This document shows, in pieces, positions 9,812 to 19,812 of a stretch of 64,000 nt of DNA. Below the pieces are notes generated by a model that searched no databases, was not told the DNA's origin, and worked only from the letters and a program-made list of their open reading frames with translations. The position numbers were made by a program, and so were the translations under genes. Origin of the DNA: Amoebidium appalachense (Eukaryota; Protista; Ichthyosporea); NCBI GenBank assembly GCA_963693365.1, contig CAVNZM010000001.1, positions 19,972,125 to 20,036,124 of the forward strand, read 5' to 3'. Every line of letters starts with the position of its first letter. Position 1 is the stretch's first letter.

Positions 9812-11803
9812 CTATTCTACACGTGCTCTCTTGAACTTGGCCCGATTAGCCTCAATCTCTGCCTTGCGGGTTCCCTTCTTAAAGTTGGGGTCGTACTTGG
9901 GGCAAATTGGTGACCCCCCAAAGTGCCCCTTCTGCTTGCAGGAGTGGCATTCGAATTTGAGGGCCGGGCACGTCTTGCCTTCGGCGTGGCTGCCGTACTT
10001 GCACCCACGGTTGCAGGGGGTGGTGCCCATGCGCGAAAAAATAGACGGCTTCTCGCTGGCACCAGATCCACCACCGGGTTGCTGTTTTGTGGGGGGTTTC
10101 TGTGTTAGAATGGTGGATGGGGTTCGTGTGTGCCTGTCTCTTTCTTTTTCTGCGAGATAGGCAACAACTCCAGACAGGGTCAATTCTTCTTCTTTTCGTG
10201 TTTGTCTGAGTTGATATTTGCGAAATTCTTGTTCGTCTTCCCCAACCAATCGGTGAGACAAATCCAAAATTTGGTGTGCCTCAGACTTAAGGGGGTACAC
10301 ACGTGCCCACAAACGCGCATGCCTGCTTGCAAATTCGGCCACCTTTTGCTTGCCTTGTTTGAGTGCATTTAATTCGGCACTGAGTGCCTCTTGCACACGC
10401 TGGTCGTGAAATTTCGTAACTAGTGCATGTGCAAATGCATCAAACGTGAGTTCTCCCTGTGTCCTGGTAAAATTCGTGTACCACACACGGGCGGGGGAAG
10501 CAAGAGGAAAGCACTGCACCGCCCAGCGAACAGCAAGTGTGGGGGGGACCCCTGCAATGCAAAACATCTGCTGGGAAAATTCGTGCAGCCATTCAATCAC
10601 CGTGCATTTATCCTGCAAGTCACCCTTGTATTCTGGTAGTTTCAATGCAGCCAAGATGGGGCCGTATTCGGATGCATGCAACTGGCGGAGAGGGTGCAAC
10701 CACAGTTTTTCGTGCTCTGCAAAGTGCTTGTTCAATATAGACCCAGCCTTACCTCCTGAGCCTGTGCTGACATCAGAGCCTCTCGGGCGACTTGGCGTGC
10801 CTGCCAGTCCACCTGCAGACGCCAGAGGGGATCCTGCAAGGGGGATTTCGTTAAATACGGGTGCTTTAGGCTGGTCGAAGTGATCTTCTTCATGCACTTT
10901 CGCAGTCATGTGTTCGTTTTCGTTTGTGGGTGTGTCTTCGTAACTTTGTTCGTGTTTTTCTTCATTTTCAGCATCAGAATCAGTGTAGCTGAGTGTGCGC
11001 GCAAGCACATCCTTATATGTAAATTTAGTGGGGGGTGCAATTACCTTGGGATCAGTGCACCCAGATGGGACCGGGGACAAAGGCTTCTTGCCTGTGGTGG
11101 GTGGGGGAGGACGGGGGGTGGTGGGCACCGTCGTATTTTTCACACGTGCCTCAGCCACCAACTGTGCTTCCCGCTCCAACTCAGACCATTTCGCGGACGT
11201 GCACAACATTCTAGACAGTGTGGTGTCTTCCATCTGCGAAATCTCACTGTAAATCTGCGCGACATCAGCTTCGAGGTCCATCACAGGCCGCCCAGCATCG
11301 ATTGCAGTTTGAATGGCACGTCTCAGAGTTTCAATACGATAGAACTTGGAGAGAACACGGCCCCGCACCTCTGCCAGAGCTGTGGCAGTGTCCCGGTCTT
11401 GTTTCGTTTTTTCCTTCGTTGCTACTTGAAGTTCGTTCGTGTGTTTGTTGGTGTTCGTGTGTTCGTTGGTGTTCGTATGTTCGTTGGTTTTCGTGTGTTC
11501 GTTGCGCTTCGTTTTGTCTTTGGGTTTCGTGCTTTCGTTGGGCTTCGTTTGTTCGTTGCCAGTGGGCTTCGTAGTTGCCTTTGTGTTCGTGTGTGTGTTG
11601 GGTTTTGTGATCGTGTTCGGTTTCTGGGGAGCACGAGGCTGTGTAGGGGGAGGGGTGGGGAGTGTTTTCGTGCCCTGCCCCGGAGTCTTGGCTTTCTTCT
11701 GCGTTGGGGGCGGCGGTTTGACTGCGGTAGGCTTCTTGGTGTCACGTGTCAGTTTGCTTTCATTGTCCGAGAGTACAGGGTAGTCGTCAAATTCGCCCGC
11801 CAT
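9812..11803 (-). CDS. Gypsy B Gag
   Basis: 663-aa ORF after the PBS; capsid-like LKQGKQKVAEFASR; zinc knuckle CHSCKQKGHFGGSPIC; N-terminal TNEH repeats. Confidence 0.85.
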   Translation of the reverse strand: MAGEFDDYPVLSDNESKLTRDTKKPTAVKPPPPTQKKAKTPGQGTKTLPTPPPTQPRAPQKPNTITKPNTHTNTKATTKPTGNEQTKPNESTKPKDKTKRNEHTKTNEHTNTNEHTNTNKHTNELQVATKEKTKQDRDTATALAEVRGRVLSKFYRIETLRRAIQTAIDAGRPVMDLEADVAQIYSEISQMEDTTLSRMLCTSAKWSELEREAQLVAEARVKNTTVPTTPRPPPPTTGKKPLSPVPSGCTDPKVIAPPTKFTYKDVLARTLSYTDSDAENEEKHEQSYEDTPTNENEHMTAKVHEEDHFDQPKAPVFNEIPLAGSPLASAGGLAGTPSRPRGSDVSTGSGGKAGSILNKHFAEHEKLWLHPLRQLHASEYGPILAALKLPEYKGDLQDKCTVIEWLHEFSQQMFCIAGVPPTLAVRWAVQCFPLASPARVWYTNFTRTQGELTFDAFAHALVTKFHDQRVQEALSAELNALKQGKQKVAEFASRHARLWARVYPLKSEAHQILDLSHRLVGEDEQEFRKYQLRQTRKEEELTLSGVVAYLAEKERDRHTRTPSTILTQKPPTKQQPGGGSGASEKPSIFSRMGTTPCNRGCKYGSHAEGKTCPALKFECHSCKQKGHFGGSPICPKYDPNFKKGTRKAEIEANRAKFKRARVE

Positions 11804-11843
11804 GGTTGAAGAGATTCTTGAAAGATGTGAGATTCTGGAACTG

Positions 11844-11854
11844 CGCGGTCGCCA
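11844..11854 (-). other. Primer-binding site of Gypsy B (TGGCGACCGCG), probably tRNA-Arg
   Basis: 1 nt from the LTR end; complementary to a ...CGCGGUCG-CCA 3' end as in tRNA-Arg(UCG). Confidence 0.75.
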
Positions 11855-11855
11855 A

Positions 11856-12465
11856 TGTAAACAGTTGAACTAGTTGGGATAAGGCAGAGAACAACTGAAT
11901 CAGAATAAAGACAGAGAACGGGTAGTAAGGCACACGCGGCCAGGTTACTATTTAATGTGCTCGTTCAGAGTGATCCCCCGTACTGGGACGGCTTGTTTAT
12001 ATAGCCCCCAGGTTCCGGATCATCTGGATGGGTGGCATTGATGCCTTCGTGACTTCTGACCAGTCAGAAGAGTGCGGTCGTCTTTATGTGCACACAGTGC
12101 ACCAATAACATGAAGCTAACTAAAAGGATAACTTTGTGGCAAATGATTGGTCAATACTTAAGCCCGTTTAGGTTTATGCAACTGGGTCTGATTTCCTTAT
12201 TGGTTCCGTTCGTTTAGCTATAGATGTCGCCTCCGTAGTGGATGAGACTTGCATTCCTATCCTAGCGGTTCTCGAATTCTATTGGTTCATACTGACTGCA
12301 CGGCCACTGCATATTGCCGGCGCCGCGGCTCAGTCGTGAGCCGCAGCCCGCGGCTGTCGCGTGTGATATTGATCTGATCATATGTACACAATATCTACGT
12401 GATCACTATGATATGTACAGTATATTCGTAATAGTAAACATGTACGGCGTGTACAGATGTTTACA
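11856..12465 (-). repeat. 5' LTR of Gypsy B (610 bp)
   Basis: Perfect 8-bp terminal inverted repeats TGTAAACA/TGTTTACA; several CCAAT boxes, TATATAA (~11997-12003) and ATTAAA on the minus strand. Confidence 0.88.
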
Positions 12466-13927
12466 GCACGTCTCTTGCACGTCCCCGTTGTGCTCACACT
12501 ACCACATCTCCCCCTCTAAAAGAGAGAGATGTCGTCCTCGACATGTACAGCCATCAGGGAATGCAAGGTGGCAATGTCACCCTTACGTTCATGATATTCA
12601 CGTATCAGCTCAGCACAGTCAAGGTCTTTCTCGGCAACCCATGTATTATGTTCGGGACCAGGTTGGCATACCGGCAGAAGTAATATTTGATAGGTTGGGA
12701 TTTTCTCGGAGCCTTTTTGATTTTCATATCCAATATTTCCTCCACTACCTGCTCGTCATCCAAGCCTGATGACGTTGTAATCGTGTGAGTCGCTGGTATC
12801 GGGCAGATGGTCCAGATTACGTGGTGGTAGTACATTCTGTTCAGGCAGCTCCGATTTAATGTTATCAGCATGCCACAAAATAGGTTTGCCGGGAGGGTTG
12901 AGTTTACGAACATAATAACTACATATGGTGCCACTCGTTTGACGATTTCATATCCCGTCAACCAGTGTAAATCCCATTTCCGAATGTGCTCGTCCATGTT
13001 CCGGATACACACACGAGTACTAGTGCCCGGTGCATATGCACGTGTGACGTGTGGCCGAGGTGGCTCCTTCAAACATACGTTGCTGCACGATAGCACGAAG
13101 GAGAGGGAGTTCCCGGAGTAGCTTGAGTCGGTGCTTTCTCCACTCAGTCTCCTTAAGGGCAGCCTACTGAGGGTGGTTACCTAGGAGGGCAACATCAGAA
13201 AATTCAGTACACTCTTGTCCATACACAAGATAATACGGGGTATGTTGCATTGGTTTGTGCACCGTCGTATTATATGCATGTGGAACCACAGGCAGCAAAG
13301 TATCCCAATCGTTATGGTCATAGTTCACATATTTGCTGAGTGCATCATTGATAAATCTATGTGGACGTTCGTTTGCTGCATTACTCTGTGGGTGGTAATT
13401 TGAGTTAAGGCAGAGATACTAGGGCACTCGTAGTCGGCGAATTTTGCGATGTCGCTTTTAGACCAATCAATCGAAATTTCGGCTATCCCGCCGGTTATCC
13501 TAGAAATTTCAGATAAGTCTGCCTGCAGTTCCTGGTCGAGTTCGGTGTTTTTATCCCAAATAGGGAGGTTGTCTTTTTCGTAGTAGGTGTAACCAATACG
13601 ACTGAGACCATCGGCATCATGCATGGTGGGGCCCGGCCGATAACACAGAGTGAAATCAAATAATTGCATCTCAAGGGCACACCGTTGCAGTCCTTCGTTA
13701 GCAATTCGTTTTGCACCTCTCAGTGATTAACAGGAGTTGTGGTCACTCTCGACGACGGTGTTCACCTTCCCCCTTACGTATACACTGAATTCCCGTAATG
13801 ACCACAGGATAGCATGTGTTTCCCTCTCGATATTACTCCACCTTCGTTCTGTCGGTGTGAATAATCGAGATGCATATGCCACAGGTCTAAATTTTCCGTC
13901 TGCTTGCTTCTGGTGTAAGCAAGCACC

Positions 13928-14692
13928 TGTTGGAGTACACTGGTACTCCCGGCTAGCAATGTCTGTTAGAGAAAGTTTCTGAGCAATTGAATAACTGTTT
14001 CAACACTCACTCGAGTGCATAGAGCTTTTGTTTACGGTCATATTCATATATGGTAGTTATATGTTTGAGCCAAAACTGTACCAATGACGAGCTTCACTAG
14101 CAACGTGCTAATTGTGCTCATTAATTAATATTCCCGGTTCAGATGATGTCATGTCTATATTTGCCACAGGATTCTATTCTTAGAGTGGTAGTGTGCTTTA
14201 TTCCCGGATATTCTCAGAATATTTTTAGTTGTGTGAAGCAAGATTTACGTTTAACTGCAATTGGTGTGTTAAACACGTTTATTTGTGTGCTTTAGTGCAA
14301 GTTAACTAGCCACTCAACGTGCACAGTTAACTTTTATATCTTTAACGACTTGTTTTCATTGTGCTCTCTTTTCGGCCATGCTGTACATGGCCCACCACCA
14401 GGGTGCACACGAGGCCACCATGAGGTGGCCAACGACTATATAAAGCAGTGCCTCCCATGTCACAAACATGGGAAGCAGAACGTTTGATTTACACTTTTCT
14501 ACTGTCGTTTCCAGTGCACAAAACACATAGACTAGTTACCCATCATACACGACACTATGTCTGACAACTTACAGTTGCAGCAACTAGTCCAACTACTGGA
14601 GCAGAGGTTGGCCTCACAAGATGCAATCATTTCTGACTTACAGAAGGAACAACGTGCACTAGAACTAGCTTCTATGAACACAATGTCCAACA
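13928..14692 (+). repeat. Copia 5' LTR (765 bp)
   Basis: Matches 19048-19812 with no difference seen by eye; TATATAAA ~14437-14444; hairpins at 14413-14430 and 14453-14473. Confidence 0.97.
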
Positions 14693-17600
14693 GGGTTATG
14701 GGCCCCTCACGTAATGATTCCATCAAGTTCAAGGTCGACATCCCTCTCTTCACTGGCATTGATAATGATTCAGGCACGGACTACCACACATGGGCCGAAA
14801 CCATGTATGTCCAGCTTTCTGGTGCTGGTCTTCTCCACACCATCGCGCCCAGTACGGAGCACCCGGCTACCCGTGAACAGGTCGACACTGCCCGTTCCTA
14901 CCTGTGGCAAGCACTCTCGGTTGACGTGCGTTGTATCCTAGGGTTAACACGCACCACCACACCTGCGGAGATATGGTCGGCCCTATCTGCCCACTACGTG
15001 GAGCAATCTGAGGCCAATCAGTACGACCTTATCGGGCTGTACATGAATTCTACGCCTGAACCTACGGACACCGCGACGAAATACGCCATGAAACTCCGCG
15101 GCTACGTGCGGCGCCTGGCCGATTACGGCACACAAATTGGTGATGCTCACTGGCAAGTGCTGACCAAGCTCACCAACGACCTCGGCAAGGTGCCTTACTA
15201 CGAAATGCCTGTAATTGCCTACAAGATGACACCCAAGCCTACCGTGATGGGCCTCCTCCAACAGCTACGGGCATATGAGACCAGCCACCCACGTGCACGT
15301 GTGACTACCAGCTCCGGGCCGGCCGCCTTCACCACACGGGCTCCTCAACCTGTCATCTGCCACGGCTGCGGCAAACCAGGCCACATCAAGTCTCAGTGCC
15401 CCAACGGCAACGGCCAACACAGCAACTCTGGCAACAACCGTGCCAGCACCTACCCCAAGGGTTCCTGCGTCAACCACCCACTGTCTACCAGTCACACTAC
15501 CGCCATGTGCAAGGGGGGCAACCGTGCCAACGGCCGCAAACCTAAGGGTGGTCCCCTCCCGCCTGGGTCCTGCATCAACCACCCTGCCTCTACTACCCAC
15601 ACTACGGCACAGTGCAAGGGGGGGCTGCCGCTCCCCGGGCTTTCCTCATGTCTAGCAACGACTGTGGCACCAACAAGGTGCTCCTCGACTCTGGAGCCAC
15701 TGACCATGTGTGCCTCCGGCCCGATGTGTTCATCAACATGCGTGCGGCGCCTTACTCCACGGTCCAAGTAGCCGACAAGGGTGCATGTGCAGTGCTTGGG
15801 GTGGGCGACGTGTTCTTTTCCAGCACCATCGACGGCGTTACTGCGGTGCATCAGCTGACGGATGTACTCTACGTGCCCTCCATCCCCGACACTCTCATCA
15901 GTGTGTTCACGGCAACTACCAACGGTGTTTTACCCCGCTTTGACACCCGCGGCGGCGTTAAGTTGTGCTACGGCGATCAAATTCTGGCCACCGGCTCGGC
16001 TGTCGGCACCAAGCTGTACCACATGGCGGTGTCTCTTCTGCGCGCGGACACAACCCCGGACGCCCAAACCACCACTGCTCCGCGTATCCTCAAGGTTACT
16101 GCCGACCTCAACACGTGGCACTACCGTCTGGGCCATGCTGGCATTGACGCTGTACGCTCGGTCATCAAGTCTGCAGGCCTGTTGGTGGGTGGCGGTGCCA
16201 AGTCTCCGGGTGTGTGTGAGCCCTGTGCCCTCGGCAAAGCCCACCGTGTTGCCTTCTCCGAATCAACTAGCCAAGCTCCCCGGGTCCTAGCCAAGGTTCA
16301 CAGCGACATCAGCGGCCCCTTCCCTCCCGCGATCGGTGGTGCTCAGTACTTGGCGACGTTCCACGACGAATTCACCGGCCACACCACGGCCGTGCCCCTC
16401 GTCAAGAAGTCGGACACACTGGCTGCATATGTGACGTACCACAAGGCGGCGGTTACCCAACACGGTGTTCCCATGCAGGTGTTTCAGTCCGACGGGGGGG
16501 GGCGAGTACATGGGCACGGCCTTCGGGGACTACAACCGTGAGCATGGCATTCGCCATCAGATCACTACCACCGGCTCTCCTCAACAGAATGGGACTGCCG
16601 AACGACTGAACCGGACCCTCCTCGACATGGTTCGGGCACTCCTGCAGCAGTCCGGCCTTCCGGTGGGATTCTGGGCCGAGGCAGCTGTGACCGCGGCTTT
16701 TATACGCAACATGCTCCCGTCGCGAGCCACCGGCAGCCAATCGTCTCCCGCCCTGCTGTGGACCGGCATTCCTCCCGACTACAGCCGGCTCCGTGTCTGG
16801 GGCTCTCCCTGCTACGTCCATCAACAGGATACACCGAAACTGGCGCCTCGTGCCGTCAAGGGCATCTTCGTGGGCTACCCTCCTAACATCAAGGGCTACA
16901 AGGTCTGGATTCCAGCAGCACACAAGATGACCGTCAGCCGTGACGTGCAGTTCGACGAGGCTGCTATTCTGCACCCCCTCCGTGATGTCCCATCTGATTG
17001 GTCGACCGCACCGGCAATTCATCATTTTTTGGAGTCATCTGATTCGTCAAATCAGCCAGCCAATCACATCGTCCGGAATGATCAGCAATCTGATTCGTCT
17101 CGTCTGTCAGCCAATGGGACAGCGCCGAGTGATCAATTGGACATTCCGATCCTGCCCGAGCCTGCACATCGGCTCCCCCGGACGACCCGTAGTGGCGCTG
17201 TGTACAACGACCAACGTCGAGGCCCGACTGCCAACGTGGCTGCTGCTACGGCCCCCCTTGCCCCCCAGGCTACGGCTCCTGCATCAACACCCATCAAGGC
17301 TTCCACCATTGTTGTCCCCAAGACTGTCCGGGCTGCACTCAAGAGTCCCCAGCGTCTGAAATGGGAGGAGGCTGCACACCGTGAGCTCAAGGCCCTGGAA
17401 GACAACGGCACCTTCACCCTTGTGCCCCGTCCAGAGGATGGCTCCACTGTCATTCCGGTCGGCTGGGTCTTTACGGTCAAGCAGGACAACGTCGGCAACG
17501 TCACTGCTTTCAAGGCCCGGCTTGTGGCCCGGGGCAACTACCAGCAGCCTGGCCAGGACTATTTCGTCACCGAGTCACCTGTGGCTGCGCTGGCTACCAT

Positions 17601-18861
17601 CCGGCTGGTTTTGGCTACCTCCATGGCCCAAGGTCTGCCTCTGCGCCACATCGACGTCAACACAGCATTCCTCAACGGCACCGTCAACGAGACCATCTAC
17701 ATTGAGCAGCCCCCTGGCTTCGTCAACCCCTCGGCCCCCCATGCTGTCGGCTTGCTCCACAAGGCGCTCTACGGCCTAAAACAGGCACCGCGCCAGTGGT
17801 ATGAGGCCCTCCGTGACCATCTCCTCGACCAAGGCTTCATTGTGAGTGCTGCTGACCCGTGCCTGTTCATCAAGAATGCCGGGACCCCAACGTTTATTGC
17901 CCTTGCTGCCTACGTGGATGACTTCACCGTGACGGCCGCCACTGATGCGCTCATCGACGATTTTTTCACCAAGCTGGATGCTCGTTTCTCTGCCAAGGAC
18001 CTGGGTCGTCCTACCCTGCTCATCGGGCACACTCTTACCTGGCTGGAGGACGGGTCTCTGCGTCTGGGCCATCGTCAACACATCATCGACTTGGCTGCCC
18101 GTTTTCGTCTCACCCACATGTCCGGCACCAAGACCCCCATCGTCCCGGGCCAGGCCAGTGAAAGCAACAAGACCCCAGCCTACAGCAAGAAGGAGGACTA
18201 TGCCAGCCTGGTCGGTGCCCTGCTGTGGATTGCGCGTACCACCCGCCCCGACATTTCCCAGGCTCTGGGAGTCCTTACTCGACACATTCATGCGCCCACC
18301 GTCACCCACTGGACTATGGCTACCAGAGTTGTAAGCTACCTGCTGGCCACCATCGACCTGGGTATTGTCTACCGTCCCGGCCCCCCCAACCTTGTTGGCT
18401 ACTCCGACTCCGACTACGCCGAGGACCGCGACACCCGGCGCTCCACCACGGGCTATGTCTTCTTCATCAACTCCTCCCCTGTGTCCTGGGTGTCTCGGCT
18501 CCAGTCCATCACCACCCACAGCTCCACTGAGGCTGAATTTGTGGCCATGTCTGCTGCTACGAACGAGGCCCTATGGCTCAACTATGTGATGGACGACCTG
18601 GGCCTTAATCCTATCAATGAGCCCACCCCGGTGCCCATCCATGGGGACAATGAGTCTGCCCGGGCCCTGCTGGACACCCTGGGGGTTAAGCCCAAGACCA
18701 AGCACATCGACGTCCGCTACTGCTCCGTCAAGGAACATCACCTGCTGGGCAACATCACTGTGGTCCCGGTGGCTTCTGCTGACAACAAGGCCGACATGTT
18801 CACCAAGGCCCTGTCTGCCTCTTTCTTCACCAAGGCCGTGGGGATGCTCAACATGTGCTGA
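14557..18861 (+). CDS. Copia Gag-Pol polyprotein (two frame breaks in G-runs at ~15618-15624 and ~16494-16502)
   Basis: CHGCGKPGHIKSQC; LLDSGATDH; WHYRLGH...CEPC; HSDISGP, SDGGGEY, QQNGTAERLNRTL; KARLVARG, LYGLKQAPRQW, YVDD; YSDSDYA, KHIDVRY, ADMFTK. Confidence 0.95.
14693..14705 (+). other. Copia PBS complementary to the anticodon arm of initiator tRNA-Met (half-tRNA priming)
   Basis: GGGTTATGGGCCC directly after the LTR is the reverse complement of GGGCCCATAACCC of tRNA-iMet; same type as Drosophila copia and Ty5. Confidence 0.88.
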
Positions 18862-19047
18862 GCACCCGTCATCAACCAACTGCGCCCTCATACTTCAGGG
18901 GGGGGGAGAGAGTTGCATCCGACTGTGCAACTACGTGTACCATACTAAAATTGAGTAGGGGAATCTTTATTGTCTGTATTTTGTGCACCTGAAGCACTCG
19001 AGCTCAGTTGCATTAATTCATACCACAATTATCCAATTGAGTAGGGG

Positions 19048-19812
19048 TGTTGGAGTACACTGGTACTCCCGGCTAGCAATGTCTGTTAGAGAAAGTTTCT
19101 GAGCAATTGAATAACTGTTTCAACACTCACTCGAGTGCATAGAGCTTTTGTTTACGGTCATATTCATATATGGTAGTTATATGTTTGAGCCAAAACTGTA
19201 CCAATGACGAGCTTCACTAGCAACGTGCTAATTGTGCTCATTAATTAATATTCCCGGTTCAGATGATGTCATGTCTATATTTGCCACAGGATTCTATTCT
19301 TAGAGTGGTAGTGTGCTTTATTCCCGGATATTCTCAGAATATTTTTAGTTGTGTGAAGCAAGATTTACGTTTAACTGCAATTGGTGTGTTAAACACGTTT
19401 ATTTGTGTGCTTTAGTGCAAGTTAACTAGCCACTCAACGTGCACAGTTAACTTTTATATCTTTAACGACTTGTTTTCATTGTGCTCTCTTTTCGGCCATG
19501 CTGTACATGGCCCACCACCAGGGTGCACACGAGGCCACCATGAGGTGGCCAACGACTATATAAAGCAGTGCCTCCCATGTCACAAACATGGGAAGCAGAA
19601 CGTTTGATTTACACTTTTCTACTGTCGTTTCCAGTGCACAAAACACATAGACTAGTTACCCATCATACACGACACTATGTCTGACAACTTACAGTTGCAG
19701 CAACTAGTCCAACTACTGGAGCAGAGGTTGGCCTCACAAGATGCAATCATTTCTGACTTACAGAAGGAACAACGTGCACTAGAACTAGCTTCTATGAACA
19801 CAATGTCCAACA
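19048..19812 (+). repeat. Copia 3' LTR (765 bp)
   Basis: Preceded by PPT GAGTAGGGG (19039-19047); followed by TSD GCACC. Confidence 0.97.

Larger units (their letters stand above)
5616..12465 (-). mobile_element. Ty3/Gypsy LTR retrotransposon B, defective, 3' end displaced by element A
   Basis: 5' LTR 11856-12465, PBS, gag, PR-RT-RH-INT on minus strand; integrase breaks after YGRDPVEP. Confidence 0.9.
13928..19812 (+). mobile_element. Full-length, very recent Ty1/Copia LTR retrotransposon
   Basis: TGTTGGA...TCCAACA LTRs, 5-bp TSD GCACC (13923-13927 and 19813-19817), Gag-PR-INT-RT-RH order. Confidence 0.98.

Noticed and set aside
8099-11809. Long antisense ORFs over Gypsy B and over the Copia (e.g. 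17776-18519)
   Set aside because: Shadow ORFs of biased coding sequence with no recognisable motifs
15612-16503. Programmed frameshifts in the Copia ORF
   Set aside because: Both breaks are in pure G-runs, one inside the integrase core; sequencing error or slippage mutation is simpler. Raw reads would decide
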